From assembly GCA_018715525.1 (NCBI GenBank), contig DVLL01000017.1:15070-79069 (forward strand): a stretch of DNA of 64,000 nt, read 5' to 3'. The position numbers and the translations under genes are program-made. Of this stretch, positions 18,105 to 26,727 are shown in pieces. This DNA is from Candidatus Faeciplasma pullistercoris. Lineage in GTDB: Bacteria > Bacillota > Clostridia > Oscillospirales > Ruminococcaceae. Numbering within the stretch: the first letter of the stretch is position 1; every line of letters starts with the position of its first letter. The notes under the pieces were generated by a model. The model made no database searches. It saw nothing but the letters and a program-made list of their open reading frames with translations, and was not told the origin of the DNA.

Positions 18105-20117
18105 TTATATATCGAGAATGGTGGGAATTATCATCGGTCTGCGCTTTGTCTTTGAGAAGAAATAGTCTCCAAGCTCGTCGCGCAGCTTGTTGCGTATCGC
18201 GGCGTAGTCATGTCTTGTAGAAAGCTCAGCATTTACTACGCTCAGCGCCAGAGCCTTTGCCTTTAAAAGCAGCTCCTCGCTCTCTTTTTCATATACAAAG
18301 CCCCTTGTGACTATCTCAGGGCCGGAAAGAAGCCTGCGGTCTATCTTGTCTATAGTCACGCTGACTACTATCACTCCGTCCTGAGCGAGGTGCTTTCTGT
18401 CCTTGAGAACCACAGCGCCTACATCGCCGACTCCCAGACCGTCCACCATAACCTTGCCGGACGGAACGCTGCCGTTAAGCCTTATTCCCGTCTGAGAGAC
18501 CTCTATCACGTTACCTATATCCGCTATCATTATGTTCTGAGGAAGCATTCCCATCTTCGCCGCAGTCTCGGCGTGTCTCACAAGATGCTTGTACTCCCCG
18601 TGAACAGGAATGAAGTACCTCGGTCTTACAAGGCTCAGTATAAGCTTTTGCTCCTCCTGACATGCGTGTCCTGAGACATGGACCTCGTACATCGACTCGT
18701 ACACTACCTCAGCGCCGAGCTTAAGAAGCTCGTTGACTACCCTGCCGACAAATTTCTCGTTGCCCGGGATGGGTCTTGCCGAGATTATGATAAAGTCGTT
18801 TTCAGTGATGCTGACCTGACGGTGGTCGTTAAGAGCCATTCTGGTGAGCGCGCTCATCGGCTCGCCCTGGCTTCCGGTGGTAATTATTATAAGCTCGCCG
18901 TCAGTATAATCGCGCATCTTGTCGATATCTATAAGCACGCCTTCCGGAATCTTGAGATAGCCGAGCTCTATACCGATGCGGATAACATTTATCATGCTCC
19001 TGCCGAAAATAGCGACCTTGCGCGAATGGTTCGCAGCGCAGTTTATAATCTGCTGAATCCTCTGGATATTCGAGGAGAATGTGGCTATTATAATCCTCTT
19101 GCCCTCGGCTCTTGAATAAAGCTTTTCAAAGCTGTGACCCACTATCCTTTCACTCGGAGTAAAGCCGGGACGCTCTGCGTTGGTGGAGTCGCTCATCAGA
19201 GCCAATACTCCCTCGCTTCCGAGCTCCGCAAGCCTCGGCAGGTCTATTATCCCGCCCTCGATAGGCGTATAATCCACCTTGAAGTCTCCCATGTGAACGA
19301 CAATGCCCGCAGGTGTGCGCAGCGCTATCGCGACGGCGTCCGGAATCGAGTGGTTTACTCTTATGAACTCGGCGGTAAAGTACCCCAGCCTTACCGTATC
19401 TCCGGGTCTCACCTGATTTAGCTTTACCTTTCCGAGGTTATGCTCCTTGAGCTTGTTTTCCAAAAGCCCGAGTGTCAACCTCGTGCCATATATCGGGACG
19501 TCTACCTTTTTGAGAAGGTAAGGTATACCTCCGATGTGATCCTCATGTCCATGAGTCAGAAGCACTCCTCTGATTCTGTCCATATTCTTTTCCACATATG
19601 AAAAATCTGGTATTACTATGTCTACACCAGGCATCTCGGCGTCCGGAAATGTCATTCCGCAGTCGATTATGACGATGTCATTGCCGTACTCGATAAGCGT
19701 CATATTCTTTCCGATTTCGTTTAAGCCGCCGAGGGGTATGATCTTAAGCGGGTTCTTTCCTACCGTGCCGACCGGAGATCTGCTTGAAATCTGCCTTTTT
19801 TTCTGACGGTCTGAATTCTGCTCGGCAGGGCGATCAAGCCTTGCATCCTGCCTTTGCTCCTTCTGGCGCTGTTGTTCCCTCTGTCTAAGCTGCTCCTTCT
19901 GACGAAGCTTCTTATTTTCCTGCTTTTCTGACTTGCTCTGAGCAGGCTGCTTTCTTTGATCCCTTTTCTTGTCCGACTTCTGCTTCTGGAACTGGCCGGC
20001 CTTTTTTGGCGGCTTCGGAGCGGAAATTGCCGCAGCTATTGCGGCGTCGAGCGCAAATGCCGGCAGCTTATCTAGCTTTGAACCACTGCTTTTCTTTTTT
20101 TCTTCGTTGTTTGCCAT
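18105..20117 (-). CDS. rnj: ribonuclease J with a Lys/Gln/Arg-rich N-terminal extension of about 120 aa
   Basis: Metallo-beta-lactamase motif HGHEDHIGG and the beta-CASP core. The conserved RNase J start (KIIPLGGLNEIGKNM) appears only after about 120 low-complexity residues. Confidence 0.9.
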   Translation of the reverse strand: MANNEEKKKSSGSKLDKLPAFALDAAIAAAISAPKPPKKAGQFQKQKSDKKRDQRKQPAQSKSEKQENKKLRQKEQLRQREQQRQKEQRQDARLDRPAEQNSDRQKKRQISSRSPVGTVGKNPLKIIPLGGLNEIGKNMTLIEYGNDIVIIDCGMTFPDAEMPGVDIVIPDFSYVEKNMDRIRGVLLTHGHEDHIGGIPYLLKKVDVPIYGTRLTLGLLENKLKEHNLGKVKLNQVRPGDTVRLGYFTAEFIRVNHSIPDAVAIALRTPAGIVVHMGDFKVDYTPIEGGIIDLPRLAELGSEGVLALMSDSTNAERPGFTPSERIVGHSFEKLYSRAEGKRIIIATFSSNIQRIQQIINCAANHSRKVAIFGRSMINVIRIGIELGYLKIPEGVLIDIDKMRDYTDGELIIITTGSQGEPMSALTRMALNDHRQVSITENDFIIISARPIPGNEKFVGRVVNELLKLGAEVVYESMYEVHVSGHACQEEQKLILSLVRPRYFIPVHGEYKHLVRHAETAAKMGMLPQNIMIADIGNVIEVSQTGIRLNGSVPSGKVMVDGLGVGDVGAVVLKDRKHLAQDGVIVVSVTIDKIDRRLLSGPEIVTRGFVYEKESEELLLKAKALALSVVNAELSTRHDYAAIRNKLRDELGDYFFSKTKRRPMIIPTILDI

Positions 20118-20292
20118 GAATGTCCTTTCATCTTTTGTTACTTGATTTATTTAATTTATATTTAATTATGTAGAGAAGCAACCGCCCTGCGGCGCCTTAT
20201 AGCGCCCGCTTAAAAGCGCTGCCGCTTCTCCTAAAAAAGTTCACAATAGTCTATCGCAACCGGCTTTCCGATTACGATATTCATTCTATGAT

Positions 20293-20321
20293 ATCATACT
20301 ACAATATTCGCCGTATGTCAA
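20293..20321 (-). promoter_or_regulatory. promoter candidate for rnj (TTGACA-17-TATGAT)
   Basis: On the minus strand, -35 lies at 20321-20316, abutting the stop of the upstream gene, and -10 at 20298-20293. It predicts a structured leader of about 170-180 nt. Confidence 0.55.
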
Positions 20322-20322
20322 G

Positions 20323-22473
20323 CTAACCGCCCAATCCGAGACGCCCGAGGATTTCCCCGCAGAGCTGATTTGCAGCCTCCTGCGAGACAGACTCAAGGTA
20401 CACCATCAAACTCTTTCCGCTCTTCGCAGGCCGGATAAACGCCTTGGCGCCTTCAGACTCGAGCACTATCCTGCCGTTTCGGTCAAGCCCTCCGAAGTCC
20501 TCCGCCAAAAGCTTTGGGAGCGGAGCGTCGGTATCTATCACCCTGTCGGTGTAAACTATCTCCGGCAGCTCTGCTATCAGCTCGCCGAGGCTCTTTTGAG
20601 TTTCATGGCAGAGACGTAACACCTGCGCGATAAGAAACAGCGGGTCAAAGCAAAATTGACTCAGCTCCATGTCGTCGGCGGGGCCTACCCTTACCACCCT
20701 GCCGCCCAATTCGGCGGCTGCCGTCTCGCAGGCGAGCGGGGCGTTTCTGTCCAGATACAGTTCCCTGTCTCCATCAAGCGCAATTTTCGACTTGCACGCG
20801 AGTATCAAAAGCGTCTGCGGGGCGATCCTTTTGCCGTCAAGCTTGCAGCTTACCGTTTTTCTGTCGCGAAAAACTATAAACTCGGCGTCCTCCCGCCCGG
20901 AAAACGAGCAGCCGCTTGCAGCCCTCGCGAACTGCCGGCTTATCTGAGCGCAGTCCGTCTTAATGCTCACATTCAGCGGAGCGCTCCTTGGAAATGCTTC
21001 GGCAAGCTTTCTGCGGTATACTGCCGACGCCGCCTCGGCGTTGATTACAGGCGGTATCTCACCTCCGAGCTTACGGAAGCCGCCGCGATTAAACGCCTGC
21101 TCGATCTTTCTTTCCTCAGAGCGGCTAAGCTCTATCCTATCCGAGCGAATAAGCCTTATCTGACCGTCAGAGTAAATGCAGTAGCGGGTTCCTACGCTCC
21201 TTGCCGCCATTACCGTCTCAGCAAAGGAAGCGTTTTCAAGCATATACGCCGACGCTCCGCATTCGCGAAGCCCGATACTAACGCACTCAGCCCAGCCCAC
21301 GCCGTTTTGGCAGCCTATCGTTATCTGTGATATGTCCAGACCGGAGGCTATAGCGCAGCCGAGGTTGACCATAGACACCGCGTCGCCCCCTATTCCGGCA
21401 GCCTCCCCGCAGTCTCCAAAGCCAAGCGCGGCGCAGCCCTCGCCTGTCACGTCGTACCTTACGCGAGTCCCTGATGGGATCACAGCGCCGGAAGCTATCC
21501 TTACGCCCGGCTCGACAGTTACCGCAGAGCCTATAACGCAGCCTGAGCCCAAGGCGCACATAGCGCCTATCGTGCAGCCCCGACCTATCGACGCGTTCTC
21601 CGCCACCACGCACCTGCTGAGAGTACAGCCCTCAGCCAGCGACGCGCCTACCATCACGCAGGAGTCCTGGACGCGGCAGTCCCCGGCGATGCTGACTCCC
21701 CGCTCTATCACGCTTCCACCGATAACGGCGGAATTGTCCACAAGCTCTCCGCCGATAATCAGATTGTCCCTCTTTTCAAGCTCAAGCAGCTCGTCCTGAC
21801 AGCGCAGGAAAGCGGGTATGTCGCCAACGTCATGCCATATGCCGCCTTCCGTCAACGAATAAAGCCTCTTTCCCTCCGCTATCAGCGCCGGAAAAACATC
21901 TGAAGCAAAGTCTACCCTCTCATTTTGGGGTATCCTTTTTATTATCTCCCTTGAGATAACATATGTGCCTGTATTTGCAACGTCGGTCAGGCAGGAATCA
22001 TAGCCCGGCTTTTCAATAAAGCCGGTTATCCTGCCGTCAGAGCCGGCAGTCACAAGACCGTATTCCCTTGGGTCGGCAACCCGATGTGTGACTATCACCA
22101 CGTCAGCCTTTGTCTTTTCAAAATAACCCGCTATCCTCGAAAAATCAAATCCGCATACCGAGTCCCCGCTGACGACAAGCACATCATTCTCACCGTCCCA
22201 CGCCCTCCTGACGCAGCCGGCTGTTCCCAGAGGCACATCCTCTCTCACATATCTGAGCTTAACGCCGTTTGACAGGCTTCCTAAGCTCTTTTCCAGCTTG
22301 TCGGCAAGATACCAGTCCGCTACCGTAGCCTCGCGAAAGCCGCACTTGAACAAAAGTGCGGTAAGCCGCTCTATAACCGGCACGCCCAGAAGCCTTACAA
22401 GCGGCTTTGGTGTATCAGCCGTGAGAGGACGAAGCCTTGAGCCCTCCCCGCCTGCCAAAATTACAACCTGCAT
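20323..22473 (-). CDS. sugar-1-phosphate nucleotidyltransferase fused to a left-handed beta-helix and a degenerate phosphohexomutase-like C-terminal region
   Basis: The N-terminus VILAGGEGSRLRPLTADTPKPLV is the NTP-transferase signature. The middle is hexapeptide-repeat-like. The C-terminus resembles PGM/PMM domain IV (RPAKSGKSLMVYLES in place of RPSGTEP). I find no phosphoserine TASHNP-type motif. Confidence 0.7.
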   Translation of the reverse strand: MQVVILAGGEGSRLRPLTADTPKPLVRLLGVPVIERLTALLFKCGFREATVADWYLADKLEKSLGSLSNGVKLRYVREDVPLGTAGCVRRAWDGENDVLVVSGDSVCGFDFSRIAGYFEKTKADVVIVTHRVADPREYGLVTAGSDGRITGFIEKPGYDSCLTDVANTGTYVISREIIKRIPQNERVDFASDVFPALIAEGKRLYSLTEGGIWHDVGDIPAFLRCQDELLELEKRDNLIIGGELVDNSAVIGGSVIERGVSIAGDCRVQDSCVMVGASLAEGCTLSRCVVAENASIGRGCTIGAMCALGSGCVIGSAVTVEPGVRIASGAVIPSGTRVRYDVTGEGCAALGFGDCGEAAGIGGDAVSMVNLGCAIASGLDISQITIGCQNGVGWAECVSIGLRECGASAYMLENASFAETVMAARSVGTRYCIYSDGQIRLIRSDRIELSRSEERKIEQAFNRGGFRKLGGEIPPVINAEAASAVYRRKLAEAFPRSAPLNVSIKTDCAQISRQFARAASGCSFSGREDAEFIVFRDRKTVSCKLDGKRIAPQTLLILACKSKIALDGDRELYLDRNAPLACETAAAELGGRVVRVGPADDMELSQFCFDPLFLIAQVLRLCHETQKSLGELIAELPEIVYTDRVIDTDAPLPKLLAEDFGGLDRNGRIVLESEGAKAFIRPAKSGKSLMVYLESVSQEAANQLCGEILGRLGLGG

Positions 22474-22668
22474 TCAATCATATCCTTTCAGGGCAGATTT
22501 AGGTAATTGTATTTACATACATGTCCTTATCCTAAACAATAACCCCTAGTTTATGCAAAAAAAGCAAAAACCCGCCCCGAAAAATCCGGTTTCGGCAAAG
22601 AAACTCCCCCGGGCAGGCTCCCGGGGGCAGGCTGTCGAATTGAAATTAATTTTTATCGCAAACCTCAA

Positions 22669-23517
22669 TCAGCGCTCATACACGCGGTTTTTGATGTTCA
22701 TGAGATAAACCCTCATGCCGTCCTCCTCGGATGTATTGTACTCGACGCCAAGCTCGTCCGCCACAAGCCTTGCCATGTCGGAAAACAGCTTGCAGGTGTC
22801 TATAAGGCATGCCCACATGCGGGAAACATCCGGGGCGCAGTAGGTCTTAAGGTACTTTTCGTATATGCTGTCCGGAAGATAAGTCTTAAGATGCTTTCCG
22901 TATTTTCCGACATTGACCGAAAAATCGGTTATCGAACCAATATACCAGCATAAGATATTATTGAGCATAGGTCTTAAATTGCACTCAAACATCGCCTTTG
23001 CATATGGTATCTGCTCTCTGGCAAGCCCCTTGGCTACATTGTTCACACACCACCAAAACTCATTGCAGCAGTCGGAAAACTTCTTCTGATCGGGTCTTGA
23101 TACATTATAGCGGCTTTCGGAGAAATGTGCCTTACTGAGAACGCCGGTCTTATCCAAAATAACTTCAAATGCCTCCCCGATATTGCAGGCGTCTGTGGTA
23201 AATGTCAGGTCTATTCTGACGCCGTCCTCAAATATCGCAAGATACGCATAGCAATCCTCACGAGCAGGCTCCTCAAAAAGCTCCATTTCGTCCGGAAGCT
23301 GAGCTATAAGCGTCCTGCCGAAATTGTCCTCCAGCCACCCAAGATTATTCTTAAACGGCGCAAGCTCGCTGACGCAGAGCAGTATATCATAGTCCTGATA
23401 TACGTCCCGCGGCACGCTTTTATCCGCCCTTGAGCCGCACAGAGCGGCAGCGTTTATCCTACTATCCTCGCCGGCAATCTTTTTTACAAGCTCGAGTATT
23501 TCATATTCCGTTCTCAT
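22669..23517 (-). CDS. aminoglycoside 6-nucleotidyltransferase family protein (ANT(6)/AadK-like)
   Basis: 282 aa that aligns by eye with B. subtilis AadK over its length: GSR..N...P.D.FQDYD, LF.P, IFEDG..IDL and the diagnostic F.DCCNEFWW....V.KGLAR.E block. Confidence 0.85.
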   Translation of the reverse strand: MRTEYEILELVKKIAGEDSRINAAALCGSRADKSVPRDVYQDYDILLCVSELAPFKNNLGWLEDNFGRTLIAQLPDEMELFEEPAREDCYAYLAIFEDGVRIDLTFTTDACNIGEAFEVILDKTGVLSKAHFSESRYNVSRPDQKKFSDCCNEFWWCVNNVAKGLAREQIPYAKAMFECNLRPMLNNILCWYIGSITDFSVNVGKYGKHLKTYLPDSIYEKYLKTYCAPDVSRMWACLIDTCKLFSDMARLVADELGVEYNTSEEDGMRVYLMNIKNRVYER

Positions 23518-23793
23518 ATGTACCTCCTCATTTCAGCTATATTTGCGTTACAATCCTATTTTAGCATAGTTTGCGGACGATTGCCATAGCTTAAAAAAAA
23601 TAGTTGAAATTTTTTACATACATAATCGGGCAAAAAACAGCCGGCGAGCCTATGAAAGTCCAAACAGCTTTCTTTGCTGCGGCTTTCCCCTACCCGCCGG
23701 TCTTATGATTTTAAAAGACTGACGCCGTTTTAGCATCTAACGCCGTTTGAGCGTATGCCGCCAAGCGTCCGGCATCGTATTTACAGCCCCTGA

Positions 23794-25926
23794 TTACTGC
23801 TTCTTCTTGGCTGCAAGGTCGATAAGCGCGTCCTTGCGGCTGAGGTTTAGCCTGCCCTGGTCGTCGATCTCGACAACCTTGACAAGTATCTCGTCTCCTA
23901 TCGAAACGACATCCTCAACCTTGTTCACTCTCTGCATATCAAGCTTGGAGATATGAACCAGTCCGTCCTTGCCGGGAGCTATTTCTACAAACGCGCCGAA
24001 GTTCATTATCCTTACTACCTTGCCCTTGTAGATAGAGCCTATCTCAGGATCAAATGCAATGGTGTTGATTATCGAAATGGCGTTCTGAGCCTTCTCGAGG
24101 TCAAGTCCTGAAACAAATACGTTACCGTCGTCGTTGATGTCGATCTTGACATCGCAATCAGCAGAGATCTTCTGGATGACCTTTCCGCCGGAGCCGATAA
24201 CCTCTCTGATCTTATCGACAGGCACCTTGGTGGTGAGCATCTTGGGCGCCCACTTGGAAACTGTCGGACGAGGAGCGGCGATGGCCTTGGCCATTATCTC
24301 GTCAAGTATATAATCCCTTGCCTTGTGAGTCTTGGCGAACGCCTCCTCGATGATATCGTATGTGAGTCCGTCAACCTTTATATCTACCTGAATAGCGGTG
24401 ATTCCCTTGTGAGTTCCTCCGACCTTGAAGTCCATGTCTCCGAAGAAGTCCTCAAGACCCTGAATATCTACCATTGTGGCAAACGAGCCGTCCTCCTTAG
24501 TGATAAGACCGCAGGAGATTCCGGCTACAGGCGCCTTTATCGGCACGCCGGCGTCCATCAGGGCAAGAGTAGAGCCGCATATCGAGCCCTGAGATGTCGA
24601 GCCGTTTGAGGAAAGTACTTCAGATACCACTCTTATCGCATACGGGAACTCCTCAACAGAGGGCAGAACCGGCACAAGCGCCTTTTCAGCCAGAGCGCCG
24701 TGTCCTATCTCACGTCTGCCGGGACCGCGGGAGGGCTTTGTCTCTCCTACAGAGTAAGAGGGAAAATTATAGTGGTGGATATATCTCTTCTCGGTTTCCT
24801 CGTCAAGCCCGTCAAGCTTCTGGGCATCGCTTACAGGGCCAAGAGTAACTATCGAAAGAACCTGAGTCTGTCCTCTTGTGAACAAGCCCGAGCCGTGAAC
24901 TCTGGGGAGCACGCCTACCTCGGCGGCAAGAGGACGAATCTGGTCGAGGCTTCTGCCATCGACACGCTTGCCCTCATACAGCCAGTTTCTCACTATCTTC
25001 TTCTGGAGCTTGTATATGCACTCGTCTATCATGGCGAGCTGCTCCGGATACTGCTCGTCAAATCTCGCATGGATAGCATCCTTGATGGGCTGGAGCCTTG
25101 CTTCTCTTATGTTCTTGTCGTCTGTGTCAAGAGCGACCTTGACGTCCTCCTCCGCCATTTCCTCAATAGCAGCAAACAGGTCGTGGTCTACCTCCATCGA
25201 CTCGAACTCAAACTTGGGCTTGCCTATCTCAGCCTTTATCGAGTTGATAAACTCGACCATCTTCTGAATTTCCTTGTGTCCGGTCTTTATGGCGTCAAGC
25301 ATGGTCTCGTCGTCCACCTCGTCGGCGCCCGCCTCGATCATTACTATCTTTTCCATTGTTCCGGCAACGGTAAGGTTAAGATGATTTTTTGCCCTCTGCT
25401 CCAAGGTGGGATTCAAAACTATCTCGCCGTCAACAAGTCCTACGCTGACGCCGGCTATGGGTCCTGCCCACGGGATATCCGAAATAGAAATCGCTATGGA
25501 AGTAGCGAGCATTCCCGCTATCTCGGGAGAGCAGTCGGGATCGACCGCCATTACGGTCATAACAACGCTTACGTCGTTTCTCATATCCTTGGGGAAAAGA
25601 GGACGTATAGGTCTGTCTACCATACGGGACGTGAGTATTGCCTTATCGCTGGGCTTGCCCTCACGCTTTGTGAATGAACCCGGTATCCTTCCGACCGAGT
25701 AAAGCTTCTCCTCGTAGTCTACAGACAGAGGGAAGAAGTCTACGCCCTCTCTGGGCTTGGGAGACGCGGTGACGTTAGCCATAACCACAGTTTCGCCGTA
25801 ACGCACCCAGCAGGAGCCGTTTGACAGCTCGCAGGTCTTACCCGTCTCGACGACCAGCGGACGTCCCGCGAAGGTGGTCTCGAATTTTCTGTACTTGTCA
25901 AATTTCTTGATCTCCGACATTGCCAT
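23794..25926 (-). CDS. pnp: polyribonucleotide nucleotidyltransferase (PNPase)
   Basis: Two RNase PH domains, a KH domain (IREVIGSGGKVIQKI) and an S1 domain (GKVVRIMNFGAFVEI). The start is probably at 25926 (MAMSEIKKF); the longest ORF reaches 25947. Confidence 0.95.
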   Translation of the reverse strand: MAMSEIKKFDKYRKFETTFAGRPLVVETGKTCELSNGSCWVRYGETVVMANVTASPKPREGVDFFPLSVDYEEKLYSVGRIPGSFTKREGKPSDKAILTSRMVDRPIRPLFPKDMRNDVSVVMTVMAVDPDCSPEIAGMLATSIAISISDIPWAGPIAGVSVGLVDGEIVLNPTLEQRAKNHLNLTVAGTMEKIVMIEAGADEVDDETMLDAIKTGHKEIQKMVEFINSIKAEIGKPKFEFESMEVDHDLFAAIEEMAEEDVKVALDTDDKNIREARLQPIKDAIHARFDEQYPEQLAMIDECIYKLQKKIVRNWLYEGKRVDGRSLDQIRPLAAEVGVLPRVHGSGLFTRGQTQVLSIVTLGPVSDAQKLDGLDEETEKRYIHHYNFPSYSVGETKPSRGPGRREIGHGALAEKALVPVLPSVEEFPYAIRVVSEVLSSNGSTSQGSICGSTLALMDAGVPIKAPVAGISCGLITKEDGSFATMVDIQGLEDFFGDMDFKVGGTHKGITAIQVDIKVDGLTYDIIEEAFAKTHKARDYILDEIMAKAIAAPRPTVSKWAPKMLTTKVPVDKIREVIGSGGKVIQKISADCDVKIDINDDGNVFVSGLDLEKAQNAISIINTIAFDPEIGSIYKGKVVRIMNFGAFVEIAPGKDGLVHISKLDMQRVNKVEDVVSIGDEILVKVVEIDDQGRLNLSRKDALIDLAAKKKQ

Positions 25927-25980
25927 GTGAAAAAATCCTCCGTTCAAATATTTTTAATCAGTATTTTCAAGCGGAAGTTT

Positions 25981-26038
25981 TAGCAATAAGCTAAACCCTC
26001 CTGCAATATCCGAAGCAGAAGGACTTAACTTATTACTA
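25981..26038 (-). promoter_or_regulatory. 24-bp strand-specific hairpin in the rpsO-pnp intergenic leader
   Basis: The minus-strand RNA is UAGUAAUAAGUUAAGUCCUUCUGC, loop UUCGGAUAUU, then GCAGGAGGGUUUAGCUUAUUGCUA. All 24 positions pair, five as G-U. The same five positions are A-C mismatches in the plus-strand reading. Confidence 0.55.
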
Positions 26039-26057
26039 AAAAACTGCGCCTGAAAAT

Positions 26058-26094
26058 ACATCAAAAGGCAGCAGCTTAAAATTGCTCCTGCCTT
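26058..26094 (-). terminator. rpsO terminator/attenuator hairpin
   Basis: An 11-bp stem (26065-26075 pairs with 26084-26094, one mismatch) is followed on the minus strand by TTTTGATG, directly after the rpsO stop. Confidence 0.65.
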
Positions 26095-26110
26095 ATGAGT
26101 ACCTTGGTTA

Positions 26111-26377
26111 TTACTTTCTCAAGCCGAGCTTTTCAACAATCGCACGATAGCGGTTGATGTCGGTCTTCTGAAGATAGTTCAAAAGATTACGTCTGCGGCC
26201 TACCATCTTAAGAAGTCCTCTTCTGGAATGGTGGTCGTTCTTGTGAGACTTGAGATGCTCAGTAAGGTCAGAAATTCTCTTTGAGAGAATAGCGATCTGA
26301 ACCTCGGGCGAACCTGTGTCGTTCTCCGAAAGCTTGTTTGCCTCGATAATGGCAAGCTTCTCATCCTTAAGCAGCAT
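26111..26377 (-). CDS. rpsO: 30S ribosomal protein S15
   Basis: 88 aa. [48 protein letters not shown] is canonical S15. Confidence 0.95.
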   Translation of the reverse strand: MLLKDEKLAIIEANKLSENDTGSPEVQIAILSKRISDLTEHLKSHKNDHHSRRGLLKMVGRRRNLLNYLQKTDINRYRAIVEKLGLRK

Positions 26378-26514
26378 TTTTTATACCTCTTTCATGATTA
26401 TTTCCGTCAGCATAGGCAGCGGCAGGTACTGTTCCCATCTCAGGGCTTGATCCGCTGTCAACGTCTGCGGTAGATTTTGCGCCGGCGTCTTGCTTAAACG
26501 CACAAGCACATAAC

Positions 26515-26543
26515 ATGATACCATACATCATGCGATTTGTAAA
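26515..26543 (-). promoter_or_regulatory. promoter candidate for rpsO (TTTACA-17-TATCAT with TGn)
   Basis: On the minus strand, -35 lies at 26543-26538 and -10 at 26520-26515. It leaves a leader of about 130 nt with a CAGCGG...CCGCTG stem, which could be an S15 autoregulatory leader. This is unverified. Confidence 0.45.
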
Positions 26544-26584
26544 GCAATATTTCAGAAATTCCAGAAAAATTTTTTCTCCCGTTA

Positions 26585-26613
26585 TTGACTGCGCAGACTT
26601 TTTGTGCTACATT
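26585..26613 (+). promoter_or_regulatory. promoter candidate for the permease gene (TTGACT-17-TACATT)
   Basis: Consensus spacing. AT-rich leader of about 108 nt with no obvious aptamer. Confidence 0.5.
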
Positions 26614-26727
26614 AGTTGCGGCAATTTTACTTTATATGTAATCGCGCATACATCTTATATATAAAGTTTACAACATTTACAAGCCTATGTCAACATAAAA
26701 AAGAGAAAAGAGCGGATTTTATTCTTT

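Noticed and set aside
16776-18155. Very long antisense ORFs: 459 aa opposite gdpP, 386 aa opposite the M16 genes (32699-33859), 325 aa opposite pnp (24700-25677), and others opposite the ABC, CGS and apgM genes.
   Set aside because: They occur opposite many well-supported genes across the window. Their products are low-complexity and rich in Arg, Leu and Ser, with no motifs. The pattern is what is expected when sense codons TTA, CTA and TCA are rare, because their reverse complements are the stop codons. I treat it as a codon-usage artefact, not as overlapping genes.
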